DNA of 63,965 nt, the filler included, from an uncultured bacterium (GTDB lineage: Bacteria; CAZSTA01): NCBI GenBank assembly GCA_964609495.1. It is 11 parts of 11 records of this genome, joined end to end, with 100 filler letters (N's around TTAATTAATTAA, not from the genome) between each part and the next. Parts side by side here need not be neighbours in the genome. Positions count along the whole stretch, not along the records: positions 24,897 to 30,864 come from CAZSTA010000217.1; positions 30,965 to 36,926 come from CAZSTA010000218.1; positions 37,027 to 42,916 come from CAZSTA010000219.1; 8 more parts are not named here. The stretch is one strand, 5' to 3'. The translations under genes and the position numbers were made by a program. Shown here one piece after another: positions 26,507-37,133 of this stretch. Each line of letters opens with the position of its first letter. The first letter of the stretch is position 1. The notes under the pieces were generated by a model. The model ran no database searches. It worked only from the letters and a program-made list of their open reading frames with translations, and had not been told where the DNA came from.

Positions 26507-27253
26507 CTAAACCGTCTCCTTACTCAGCTCGTCCCGAATCATTCCGAGTTGAGCTTGAATACTTCCATCGATCACTTTATCACCTAGCTCTATCTTTATC
26601 CCTCCGATGAGAGAAGAATCCTCGGCGAATCTAAGCTCGATATCCCTTCTAGTTATGCTCAATAGCCCATCCCTTATCTTCCACTTATCCTCGGCAGGCA
26701 GAGGAATAACAGAATAAACAGTTGCGCTGGTATCTCCTCTTCCCATTCCCTCTCTCAACTGATCCTCATTTAACTCGCTCAGATGGGAGGCGAATTCCTC
26801 CACGAAACGGCGATGCATCTTCTCATCTATAAATCTCTTGATTATCTCTCCAGCCAAAGATATAGCGGTATTAGTTATCTCCTCCTGAAGCGAGGCTTTA
26901 GCTCTCTCCCTTTCTAATTCAAGCTCCTCTCTTAACCTTTCTCTCTCCTGACGAGCCTCTGCTCTAGCCTTCTCCACTATCTCACTATGAGCTTTTCTAG
27001 TCTCCTCCTCCATTCTCTCCTTAGCCTGCTGTATCTCCCTTCTAATGTTAAGCAATTCCTGTTCATGCTTTTCTTTGAATGCTTGAGCCTCTTGTTCAAC
27101 TTTCTTAGCTTTATCTAGCTGCTCCTCTATCTTCTTACTCCTCCCCTGAAGGAATCTAAGCACCGGTCGAAATAAAAAACGGGCTAGGATGGCTGTTAAG
27201 ATAAGGAAGTTGATTATTTGAAAGATCAGTGTAGCTATATTTGGTGAGATCAT
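26507..27253 (-). CDS. atpF: Fo subunit b with C-terminal delta-like domain
   Basis: FQIINFLIL TM helix, coiled coil, then ATVYS..PL...DSSLIGGIKIELGDKVIDGS. Confidence 0.88.
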   Translation of the reverse strand: MISPNIATLIFQIINFLILTAILARFLFRPVLRFLQGRSKKIEEQLDKAKKVEQEAQAFKEKHEQELLNIRREIQQAKERMEEETRKAHSEIVEKARAEARQERERLREELELERERAKASLQEEITNTAISLAGEIIKRFIDEKMHRRFVEEFASHLSELNEDQLREGMGRGDTSATVYSVIPLPAEDKWKIRDGLLSITRRDIELRFAEDSSLIGGIKIELGDKVIDGSIQAQLGMIRDELSKETV

Positions 27254-27266
27254 TCAAAATCCTCCA

Positions 27267-27322
27267 TAAAAGGTAACTTTTTGCTTCCAATAAAACTCAA
27301 GGTTAAAAAAGTTATCTTTTTA
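27267..27322 (+). repeat. A hairpin between atpE and atpF
   Basis: TAAAAGGTAACTTTTT-GCTTCCAATAAAACTCAAGGTT-AAAAAAGTTATCTTTTTA. Confidence 0.85.
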
Positions 27323-27324
27323 GT

Positions 27325-27351
27325 GAGAGCGAAATTGGCGCTTTCGCTCTC
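27325..27351 (-). terminator. 10-bp hairpin downstream of atpE
   Basis: GAGAGCGAAA-7 nt-TTTCGCTCTC. Confidence 0.55.
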
Positions 27352-27366
27352 CCAAATTCCAATCTT

Positions 27367-27630
27367 TTATTGAATATATCTAATTAAGGGATTAGCAAAG
27401 AGCAGAATAAGGGAGATAGCCAAGACATAGATAGCTAAGGACTCGATCATAGCTAATCCTACGAAGAGGGTTCGGCTGATATCTCCCGAAGATTCTGGTT
27501 GTTTTGCTATGCTCTCTAAAGCCGCCGCGGTAGCTTTACCCTGAGCCAAGGCTGGCATTATCACTCCTAAAGCGATACCAAATCCTGAGGTGATAACGGA
27601 AATGATGAGAAATAAGATTTTTGGGTCCAA
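27367..27630 (-). CDS. atpE: Fo subunit c
   Basis: Helical hairpin with PALAQG, AKQPE loop and MIESLAIY; TTG start. Confidence 0.95.
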   Translation of the reverse strand: MDPKILFLIISVITSGFGIALGVIMPALAQGKATAAALESIAKQPESSGDISRTLFVGLAMIESLAIYVLAISLILLFANPLIRYIQ

Positions 27631-27666
27631 TTAACGAAGCACTCCTTTCATTTCTTTATTCTAAAT

Positions 27667-27693
27667 GAGGGAAGAATCTACCCCTTCTATATT
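27667..27693 (+). repeat. Internally deleted B repeat between atpB and atpE
   Basis: GAGGGAAGAAT-CTACCCCTTCTATATT equals the B consensus lacking 8 central nt. Confidence 0.65.
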
Positions 27694-27702
27694 CAATAGC
27701 GA

Positions 27703-28371
27703 TCAGACATGGCCAGCTGTAACCGCCCCCGCCAGGTATATTATCGTCAGTATCGAGAAGATAAAGGCTTGGAGAATACCCGTGAATATTGAGAAGGCCA
27801 TCATCGGAACGGGAATGATGATAGGGGCTAATATAGCGAAGATCGCGATGATTATCTCCTCTCCCATTATATTCCCAAAAAGACGTATAGTTAAAGATAA
27901 GGTCCTACTTATCTCACTAATTATATGAATCGGCAGAAGAATAGGGGTAGGACTCACATAGTGTTTAAGATATTTCAACCCTTGCTTAGTTAAACCATAA
28001 TAGTGCACCGCAAAGAATACGATCAGAGCTAAGGCTAGGGGAGTATTAATATCCCTAGTAGGTGGAGATAAGTAGGGAACAATAGAGAGTAGATTGGCTA
28101 TTCCGATAAAGATAGCTAGGGTTCCTACTAGGGGTAGGAAGGTCTCTGCCCCAACTCCGATCATACTCTTAATTAAATTATAGATGCTCTCAACTCCGAG
28201 TTCAACTATATTTTGCCAAGTGCTTGGTCTCTCCTTCAAATTTCTTGAGATAAAATAGGCTAATACGGCGAGTACCGCCATCAACAGCCAGGTGGTAGTT
28301 ACAGTATCTGTAACTGGTACTTTAAATATATGAAACATAACCCTAGGAGCTATCTCTTCTTCTACTTCCAT
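27703..28371 (-). CDS. atpB: Fo subunit a
   Basis: PPTRDIN, SRTLSLTIRLFGN, GILQAFIF. Confidence 0.93.
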   Translation of the reverse strand: MEVEEEIAPRVMFHIFKVPVTDTVTTTWLLMAVLAVLAYFISRNLKERPSTWQNIVELGVESIYNLIKSMIGVGAETFLPLVGTLAIFIGIANLLSIVPYLSPPTRDINTPLALALIVFFAVHYYGLTKQGLKYLKHYVSPTPILLPIHIISEISRTLSLTIRLFGNIMGEEIIIAIFAILAPIIIPVPMMAFSIFTGILQAFIFSILTIIYLAGAVTAGHV

Positions 28372-28410
28372 AGTCCTTCCGCTTCCTTTCTTATATAGCT
28401 TAGTCTATAA

Positions 28411-28758
28411 TCATTTTTTCTCCTTCCCCTTTAGTAGCTCCTCCAAAAGCTTCGCCTCTAACTCTTCGAGATCATCGGGCTTCTTTTCTATCCCCTCTAT
28501 CTCCTCTCCCTTCTCCTTATTCTCCCCCATGCCAGTGTCTATATAAGTTCGATAAAGGTTATAGACTCCTATAAAAATCCCTACAACCATGAGAGAGAGC
28601 GTCCATATATATTTATACTCTTGATAACCTGCTTTATCATCTAGATATCTACCTAAAAGCACGCCAGCAATGATAGGAAGAGCTACCATCCACCCAAGGG
28701 AACTAGCTAACCCTAATATCCGCCAGAGTTTATTATCTTCTTCATCCTCCCTTTTCAC
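28411..28758 (-). CDS. atpQ: AtpQ (AtpZ/AtpI-like) membrane protein
   Basis: LGWMVALP...G.LLGRYLD...WTLSL, located between atpC and atpB. Confidence 0.8.
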   Translation of the reverse strand: MKREDEEDNKLWRILGLASSLGWMVALPIIAGVLLGRYLDDKAGYQEYKYIWTLSLMVVGIFIGVYNLYRTYIDTGMGENKEKGEEIEGIEKKPDDLEELEAKLLEELLKGKEKK

Positions 28759-28762
28759 TTCA

Positions 28763-29191
28763 TCATCCTCCCAGATGCCTCTCCACCTTCTGACGCCGTC
28801 TAACCGTCAGTCTCTCCATTGCTCTCACCAGATTGGCATGCATCTCAGTGAATTGTAGTTCGGCTTTATGGGCCGCTTCCTTCTGTTTCTGTTTGAGAGA
28901 AGCCATCTTCTTCCCAAACTTTCTTATATCATCCCCTTCTTCCGCGGCCTCGGTTAATATTATAACTTTATTCCTTTTAACCTCCATTATCCCCTCAGCA
29001 ACCACCATATATTTTCTCACTCCACCCTGCCTATAGATCAACACTCCTAGCTCCAACATAGCCACAAGTGGAGCGCGACGAGGTAGAATCCCCCTCGCTC
29101 CATCCGTTGTTCTAACGATAATACTTCCCACCTCTTCATCGAATATAACTTTTTCTGGAGTTATGATCTTAAGATTTATAACATCAGCCAT
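28763..29191 (-). CDS. atpC: F1 epsilon subunit
   Basis: LKIITPEK, DGARGILP. Confidence 0.9.
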   Translation of the reverse strand: MADVINLKIITPEKVIFDEEVGSIIVRTTDGARGILPRRAPLVAMLELGVLIYRQGGVRKYMVVAEGIMEVKRNKVIILTEAAEEGDDIRKFGKKMASLKQKQKEAAHKAELQFTEMHANLVRAMERLTVRRRQKVERHLGG

Positions 29192-29196
29192 AATAA

Positions 29197-29217
29197 AATA
29201 TAGAGGGGAGATTCTCC

Positions 29218-29220
<3 letters not shown>
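29197..29220 (-). repeat. Shortened B repeat between atpD and atpC
   Basis: Reverse complement TAGGGAGAATCTCCCCTCTATATT; begins at the atpD TAG. Confidence 0.6.
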
Positions 29221-30657
<1,437 letters not shown>

Positions 30658-30719
30658 TCACCACTATTAGATATATCGAAATCAAAAATATAATCAAACT
30701 CTAATCCCATCTACATACT

Positions 30720-30748
30720 ATTATAACAAAATTCTTCGCTAAAGTAAA
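30720..30748 (-). promoter_or_regulatory. sigma70-type promoter of the atp operon
   Basis: TTTACT-17 nt-TATAAT with TGn extension. Confidence 0.55.
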
Positions 30749-30796
30749 GAATTTTTGAGGTTACGAAGAATGTAAAAGTTTGTGCTGGGGAATATG

Positions 30797-30864
30797 ATTC
30801 CCCCCCTCACCCTATCCCTCTCCCACGAGGGGAAAAAGGTAACTTTTTTAACCATGAGTTCTAT
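30797..30864. repeat. C repeat followed directly by a partial A hairpin (30833-30864) at the contig end
   Basis: CCCCCCTCACCCTATCCCTCTCCCACGAGGGG then AAAAAGGTAACTTTTTTAACCATGAGTTCTAT. Confidence 0.82.
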
Positions 30865-30964
30865 NNNNNNNNNNNNNNNNNNNNNNNNNNNNNNNNNNNN
30901 NNNNNNNNTTAATTAATTAANNNNNNNNNNNNNNNNNNNNNNNNNNNNNNNNNNNNNNNNNNNN
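30865..30964. other. Artificial contig linker
   Basis: Same 100-nt linker. Confidence 0.98.
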
Positions 30965-31467
30965 ACCCAACGGTCTTATAGATATAACTTTGATGGACTC
31001 TTAAATTATTGCTTGCCTGAAATAGAAGGGAGATCATATTCTTATGTTCAACTCTTTAGTAATGGAATTATAGAGTCTGTTGTAGAAGGGAAATTTCTTT
31101 ATCCTTATGAAGGAGAGCCAGTCCTTAGAAGTACCTACGAAGAAATGTTAATCGAAGCGCTTAAAAATTATCTTTCTTTTCTTAAGACATTAAATGTTGA
31201 GTTACCGATCTTTCTCTTCTTAACTCTACTTGGAGTCAAAGGATACTCAATGTATTATGTTAATCGATCTGGTAAAGGAAACGTGCTTTATAACCAACAA
31301 GCAATTGATAGAGATATACTGTTACTGCAAGAAGTTGTCATCGAAAGTTATTATGACGATATACCAAAAAAGATTTTAAAATCCTGCTTCGATTCTATCT
31401 GGAATGCATGTGGACGTCCCNNNNNNNNNNGAATTATAATGAGGATGGAGAGTGGATAGGAAAGTAA
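30965..31467 (+). CDS. C-terminal part of a probable AlbA_2/Schlafen-family protein
   Basis: Open from the contig start; RYNFDG, SYVQLFSNGIIESV, FDSIWNACG; after the 10-N gap (31421-31430) continues NYNEDGEWIGK*; AT-rich. Confidence 0.55.
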
Positions 31468-31508
31468 ATGTTGTGGTTGTAACTTCAGCTAACAAAGGTT
31501 AGTGATAT

Positions 31509-32951
31509 ATGAATAAGCAGTATAAAGTTATATTTCTAGCAGTATTGATTTATATATTACTTGGAATTATACCAAGTCAGGCTTTCTCCGAAGAAATAAA
31601 TACTACCGATATCAATCCTCTGATGACAGCCCCTCCGATATCGAGATACGTTCCCGATGAGATATTAGTCAAATTCAAGCCGGGGTATAGTAGCGCTAGT
31701 ATAGAGAGCTTGAATCGAAGGCTGGGGACTGAATTGATCGAGAGATTAAAGAGGACTGGAATCTGTAAATTGCGAATAACTGGTGGAGAGTCCCCCGAGG
31801 AGATGATAGAGCGATATCGCTCAATTCCCGAGGCGGAATATGTCGGAGTAAATCGTTATTATTATGCCTTGGAGACGATCCCCAACGATCCTTTTTACTT
31901 CCCCTATCAATGGCATTTCCCTCAAATCAAACTCCCCTATGCCTGGGATATGGCGACTGGTAGCGAGGAGATCAAAGTTGCGGTGATAGACACTGGGATC
32001 GACCTCACTCATCCTGATCTTGAGGATAATATACTCAAGGACGAGAGTGGAGCGGTGGTTGGATGGGATTATGTTAATAATGATGACGATCCTAGTGATG
32101 ACTTGGGGCATGGCACTCATATCGCCGGCCTAATCGCCGCAGTAACTAACAATGACCTGGGCGTGGCCGGTGTTACTTGGAGATGCAAGCTCATTCCCTA
32201 TAAGGTATTGGATGATAAGGGAGTGGGTGAAGGAGCTCACGTGGCGGAGGCGATCGCCGAGGCGGTGAGTGAGGAAGCTCGGATCATAAATTTGAGCTTG
32301 GGCGATGTCGAGCCTGACGAGGTGATCAAGCAGGAGTTGGAAAAGGCTTATAGTAAAGGAGTTTTAATAGTCGCGGCGGCTGGAAATTCGGGCCTCGATC
32401 AGGTTCATTATCCCGCAGCCTATCCTTCCGCTATCGCGGTGGGAGCGACCGATGCTAGGGGTAAGAGAACTTATTATTCCAGCTACGGGAATAGCTTAGA
32501 ATTGATGGCGCCAGGAGGGGATGTAAGCAGGGATGATAATGGCGATAAATTTGGAGATGGGATAACTAGTACTACTCCCCTTGAAACTGGTAGTTACTAC
32601 AATGCCACTTATCAGGGAACTTCGATGTCTTCCCCTCATGTAGCAGGCGTAGCCGCCCTCTTATTCTCGCTAGACCCCTCTTTGACTAACGAGGAGGTCA
32701 GAGCGATCCTGCGAGGGACAACTGATAATATCGGGGATCCTTATGAATGCGGATATGGATTGGTAAACGCATATAAGGCTCTAGCAAGCATATACCCCTC
32801 GCCACCTCCCCCACCACCTCCTGATCCAAAACCAAAAAGTAAGAAGGGATGCGGATTAGGTTGGGAGATACTTTTCGCTTATGCTGGGATGTCTGCTTTA
32901 GGGGTTAAAAATTTATTTAGGAGTCTAACTAGAAGTAGGGAAAATCTCTAG
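31509..32951 (+). CDS. Secreted subtilisin-like S8 serine protease
   Basis: VAVIDTG, GHGTHIAG, AAAGN, GTSMSSPHVAG; signal peptide, prodomain, Pro-rich linker and hydrophobic tail. Confidence 0.93.
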   Translation: MNKQYKVIFLAVLIYILLGIIPSQAFSEEINTTDINPLMTAPPISRYVPDEILVKFKPGYSSASIESLNRRLGTELIERLKRTGICKLRITGGESPEEMIERYRSIPEAEYVGVNRYYYALETIPNDPFYFPYQWHFPQIKLPYAWDMATGSEEIKVAVIDTGIDLTHPDLEDNILKDESGAVVGWDYVNNDDDPSDDLGHGTHIAGLIAAVTNNDLGVAGVTWRCKLIPYKVLDDKGVGEGAHVAEAIAEAVSEEARIINLSLGDVEPDEVIKQELEKAYSKGVLIVAAAGNSGLDQVHYPAAYPSAIAVGATDARGKRTYYSSYGNSLELMAPGGDVSRDDNGDKFGDGITSTTPLETGSYYNATYQGTSMSSPHVAGVAALLFSLDPSLTNEEVRAILRGTTDNIGDPYECGYGLVNAYKALASIYPSPPPPPPPDPKPKSKKGCGLGWEILFAYAGMSALGVKNLFRSLTRSRENL

Positions 32952-33163
32952 CGGACAGATAAGATTGGTAATTGGAACACAAGGATGTTTTTGTGACTAT
33001 TGTAGGAGGAAGTTCGATTCCTGTGAGGTTACTCTGAGACAACTCGACAGACTTGAAGTCCGAATATCATAATTATGTAAACTTAGCGGATTAAAACGAT
33101 ATATCGAGATCAAAGTTACGAAGTTCCTTCTGGAGCAAGTTATCCTTGACAGAGGTGATAATA

Positions 33164-34675
33164 GTGGATAGCGTGGAAGCTCTTATAAAAAAAGCTCTTA
33201 GTGGTGATAGTTTGCCGATTCGCAGAGAAGCGGTGGAGGATTTGGGAGATTCGAACGATCCTCGGGCGGTTGAACCACTCATCGAGATACTCCAAAGGGA
33301 TGATGAAACGAGTATATCTGCAATAGCATCTTTAGGTTCGTTGGGTGATAAGAGAGCGGTAGAGCCACTTATCGAGGCGCTTGAAAGCGGAGATCCTGTT
33401 ATGCGGAGAATGGCTGCTGATGCTTTGAGCAAGATAGGTGATGAGAGAGCGATAGAGCCTCTCATTGAGGCTGTAGAAGATAGAAGCAGAGATGTGCGCC
33501 GCACAGCCGCAGAAGCGTTAGGAGTGCTAAGAGATGCTAGAGCTATTGAACCTCTCATTAAGCTTCTAAATGACGATGATTGGTATACGCGGAGGATGGC
33601 TGTCGAGGCTTTGAGCAAAATAGGGGATATTTGTGTTAAGCCTCTTATTCAAACGCTCAAAGAAGGGAATGGTGAGATGCGCCTTCTATCGGCTGAGATT
33701 CTGGGGAATATAGGAGATCCTCGAGCGGTAGAGCCACTTATTGAATCTCTTAAAGATGAGGAATTGAAGAGTATGGCTTTGCAAGCTTTAGGTAAAATAC
33801 GAGATCCTAGGGCGCTTGGCCCTCTGTTAGAGGCGCTGGGTGATAAGAGTAGCGAAACACGTAGGATCGCGGTAGAAGCGTTAGGAGACCTGGGCGATAA
33901 TAAAGCTCTGATGACCTTACTCGCCGCTCTTGATAGAGATGAGGATAGGAATGTGCGTAGATCGATAATAGAGGCTTTAGGTAAATTAGGTGATACCAGG
34001 GCTTACGATTCTCTTATCAATGTCCTCGATGATGAGAATAGAGATGTGGCTAGAACCGCCGTAGTGGCTTTGGCAAAATTAGGTGATAGAAGAGCCGTTC
34101 CTCCTCTTATCACCTCTTTAAAGAGAGGTAATCCGCTTCGCTGGCAGGCGATCTTGGCTTTGGGTGAGCTAGGCGATAAGTCTGCTATTGAGCCTCTAAC
34201 CCAGGCTCTTAAAGATGAGAATAGTGATATTCGCAAGGGAGCCGCCGAGGCCTTGAGTAAGCTTGCTAATACGAGAGTGATAGATCCTCTCCTTGAGGCT
34301 CTTAGAGATGAGAACAGCGATATTCGCCGGGGAGCGGTGGAAACCTTAGGAGAGTTAGGGAATGAGGGAGCAGTAGCCCCCGTAATCGAGCTTTTGAAGG
34401 ATAGAGATAGTCGAGTTCGGAGTACCGCCGCTGAGGCTTTAGGAAAGCTAGGTGATACTAGAGCGATTGACCCTCTCATCAATGCTTTAAGGGATGAGGA
34501 TGAGGAAGTTCGTCAGAAGATTAAAGAGGCTTTAGATAGGTTAGGAGAACCTGTAGTTGAAACTCTCATTCAAGCATATAAGAAGGAGAAGGATAGGGAA
34601 GTGCGTAGAATAATGGGCGATATTCTGGGGGATAATAGACCTCGGAGTTTTTGGGAGAAGTTGATCGGAGTTTAA
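33164..34675 (+). CDS. HEAT (PBS lyase-type) repeat protein
   Basis: Many ~31-aa units R..A.EALG.LGD.RA.EPL...L.D; GTG 33164 follows a GAGGTGA SD. Confidence 0.9.
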   Translation: MDSVEALIKKALSGDSLPIRREAVEDLGDSNDPRAVEPLIEILQRDDETSISAIASLGSLGDKRAVEPLIEALESGDPVMRRMAADALSKIGDERAIEPLIEAVEDRSRDVRRTAAEALGVLRDARAIEPLIKLLNDDDWYTRRMAVEALSKIGDICVKPLIQTLKEGNGEMRLLSAEILGNIGDPRAVEPLIESLKDEELKSMALQALGKIRDPRALGPLLEALGDKSSETRRIAVEALGDLGDNKALMTLLAALDRDEDRNVRRSIIEALGKLGDTRAYDSLINVLDDENRDVARTAVVALAKLGDRRAVPPLITSLKRGNPLRWQAILALGELGDKSAIEPLTQALKDENSDIRKGAAEALSKLANTRVIDPLLEALRDENSDIRRGAVETLGELGNEGAVAPVIELLKDRDSRVRSTAAEALGKLGDTRAIDPLINALRDEDEEVRQKIKEALDRLGEPVVETLIQAYKKEKDREVRRIMGDILGDNRPRSFWEKLIGV

Positions 34676-34684
34676 ATCTCTATA

Positions 34685-34765
34685 GGGGGAGGAATTCTCC
34701 CCTAATAAGGTAACTTTTTTGCAGTCAATAGAACTCATGGTTAAAAAAGTTACCTTTTCTATATT
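34685..34765 (+). repeat. B repeat interrupted by an A hairpin (34706-34758)
   Basis: GGGGGAGGAATTCTCCCCT...AAGGTAACTTTTTT-GCAGTCAATAGAACTCATGGTT-AAAAAAGTTACCTT-TTCTATATT. Confidence 0.85.
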
Positions 34766-34818
34766 AAATTAAGTTTGCAAATTATTAATCGTGAACTAGG
34801 AAAGGAGTCTTGTGATTT

Positions 34819-36177
34819 ATGATAGTTACTCAAGAGTGGAGTAAAATAGACTTGAATAAAGTCCCTAAGATAGTGGTTACTCCTCCTGGACCTAAATCTC
34901 AGGAGATGCATTCCCGAGCGAGTCAGTATATGAAGGGCTATTCCTCCCAGGTCAGGTTGTTTCCAGTAGCCTTTGCCTCTGGAAAAGGTGTAACCTTAAC
35001 CGATGTGGATAGGAATGTCTATATAGATTTCTCCTCGGGTATATATGTGGCGAGCTTAGGGCATTGTCATCCTAAGATAACGGAGGCTGTTCAGAAATAT
35101 GCCGGGACTTTGATGAATTGTCATGATTTTACCACTCCGATAAAGATGCGACTACTGGAGAAGTTAGCGGAGATCTCGATGGGAGACCTTAATGGAATTC
35201 AGTTATACGATAGCGGAACGACCGCGGTTGAGGCTGGATTGAGAGTTATGCGAGCCGCGACCGGTCAATTTGAGTTCATCTCCTTTCATCGCGATTTCCA
35301 CGGTAAGACGATGGGGGCGGTAAGCTGTGCTAGAATGGATGCGAGTCAGGGGTTGCGCGCTCCCGGTTTCTTCTTAGTGCCTCGTTCTTACTGTTACCGC
35401 TGCGATTTCAAGTTGACCTATCCTGAGTGCGATCTTCATTGTGTCGATTATATTCGCACGGTCATAAAGGAGGAGACCTCGGGAAGAGTTGCGGGGATTG
35501 TCATCGAGCCGATTCAGGGTTGGGCTGGAACCGTTGTTCCTCCCGAGGGCTATATGCAGAAGCTGAGAGAACTATGTGATGAATATGGCATCCTCCTTAT
35601 GGCCGATGAGGTGTTGGCTGGAATGGCTCGAACTGGGAAGATGTTCTGTATGGAGCATTGGAATGTTATCCCCGATGTGATGACTTTGGGGAAGGGGTTG
35701 GGAAATGGATTCCCGGTCACCGCGATGTTGGTGAGTGACAAATATAAGGACAGTGTGGAGAAGATAAGTGCCTCTACTAGCTATGGTGGAAACCCGATGG
35801 CTTGCGCTGCCGCCTTAGCTTGCATCGAAGTTATAGAGGAGGAGAATATCTGCGAACGATCTGCTAAGCTGGGCGAATTCTGTATGAAGCGGATGAGGAA
35901 GATGGAAGAAGAGCATCCGATCGTCGGCGAGGTCAGAGGCAAGGGATGTCTGTTAGGTATGGAGTTAGTTAAGGATAAGACAACGAAAGAGCCTTATGAG
36001 GAAGCAGGAATCGCGGTATATCAAAAGGCTTTTCAGAGGGGTGTAGCTTGGATCCCCGCTCATCATATCTTGCGAATGTCCCCACCCCTTATTATGGAGG
36101 AAGAGGTGGCCGCAAAGGCGCTCGATATTATTGATGAGTCGATCGGGGAGGTAGAGAGGGAGTTTGGGTATAGATAG
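34819..36177 (+). CDS. Class III PLP-dependent aminotransferase
   Basis: YIDFSSG, FHGKT, EPIQG, ADEV, TLGKGLGNG, SYGGNP. Confidence 0.92.
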   Translation: MIVTQEWSKIDLNKVPKIVVTPPGPKSQEMHSRASQYMKGYSSQVRLFPVAFASGKGVTLTDVDRNVYIDFSSGIYVASLGHCHPKITEAVQKYAGTLMNCHDFTTPIKMRLLEKLAEISMGDLNGIQLYDSGTTAVEAGLRVMRAATGQFEFISFHRDFHGKTMGAVSCARMDASQGLRAPGFFLVPRSYCYRCDFKLTYPECDLHCVDYIRTVIKEETSGRVAGIVIEPIQGWAGTVVPPEGYMQKLRELCDEYGILLMADEVLAGMARTGKMFCMEHWNVIPDVMTLGKGLGNGFPVTAMLVSDKYKDSVEKISASTSYGGNPMACAAALACIEVIEEENICERSAKLGEFCMKRMRKMEEEHPIVGEVRGKGCLLGMELVKDKTTKEPYEEAGIAVYQKAFQRGVAWIPAHHILRMSPPLIMEEEVAAKALDIIDESIGEVEREFGYR

Positions 36178-36320
36178 AGATCGAGGAAGGAGGATATTAG
36201 ATAGCCAAAACCTATGGTCTTTAACTTGCGATAATCACCGTTACCACAAGTAAAACAAGAGAAGAGGTGATATAAATGCCAGAAAGCGAGCTTTCCAAAG
36301 ACAAAACTCTAATTTGATAT

Positions 36321-36348
36321 TTGATTTACCTTCTTCTTCTGTTATAAT
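36321..36348 (+). promoter_or_regulatory. sigma70-type promoter
   Basis: TTGATT-16 nt-TATAAT with TGn extension. Confidence 0.5.
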
Positions 36349-36411
36349 AATAGCAGATACCAGGTAGCTGTTTAGGTGATCTTGGGAAGTTTTATTCTAA
36401 TAGGAGGTTAT

Positions 36412-36926
36412 ATGATGATTAAAACCAGATTTCTATTTTTGTTGACTTTTGTATTCTGCTTTATATTCATCTCCCCAATATGTTGGTGTTTGGAAGATAG
36501 TGATGATTGGGGTTGGGAAGTTATCGATGATTGGAATGAGAAATTTTTTGGTAATTGGAGTCGGGAGTATGTTGGTTATTTAATAGAGGAGGGATTAGAG
36601 TCCTACGATAGTGGGTATTTGAGGTTAGCTTTGATGTATTGGGAGAGAGCTTTGATGATAAGTCGAGAGATAAAATATAGAATAGGAGAAGGTGATGCTC
36701 TTAATAGTATAGGGGTAGTATATAAGGATTTAGGAGAATACGAGAAGGCTTTAGGGTATTACCAGCAAGCATTAGCAATAAGTCGAGAGATAAAATATAG
36801 GATAGGAGAAGGTGATGCTCTTAACAGTATAGGATTGGTATATTGGGAATTAGGTAAATATGAGAATGCCTTAGTATATGATAAGCAAGTGTTAGCTGTA
36901 AAGAGAGATATGAGAGATAAATTAGG
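36412..36926 (+). CDS. Secreted TPR protein with 40-aa repeats, 3' truncated
   Basis: AGGAGG SD, signal peptide, repeated ISREIKYRIGEGDALNSIG. Confidence 0.8.
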
Positions 36927-37026
36927 NNNNNNNNNNNNNNNNNNNNNNNNNNNNNNNNNNNNNNNNNNNNTTAATTAATTAANNNNNNNNNNNNNNNNNN
37001 NNNNNNNNNNNNNNNNNNNNNNNNNN
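36927..37026. other. Artificial contig linker
   Basis: Same 100-nt linker. Confidence 0.98.
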
Positions 37027-37065
37027 TACTTACCTCGCGTCTGTCAAATCTAGGTGGTTTTAAAA

Positions 37066-37107
37066 TATAATTTCCCCCTCACCCTATCCCACCGGGGGAG
37101 AGGGAAT
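37066..37107 (+). repeat. C repeat (shortened)
   Basis: TATAATTCCCCCTCACCCTATCCCACCGGGGGAGAGGGAAT. Confidence 0.7.
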
Positions 37108-37133
37108 ATAATTAAGCCCTTCTCTTGATGATG

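Noticed and set aside
33007-33022. tRNA-like T-loop GTTCGATTC
   Set aside because: No proper T-stem, acceptor stem or anticodon arm around it
36276-36317. 13-codon ORF MPESELSKDKTLI with a GAGGTG SD
   Set aside because: Too short to support; may be a leftover gene start
36658-36833. Diversity-generating retroelement template/variable pair
   Set aside because: Both units are in-frame TPR repeats, the differences are not adenine-specific, and no reverse transcriptase is present
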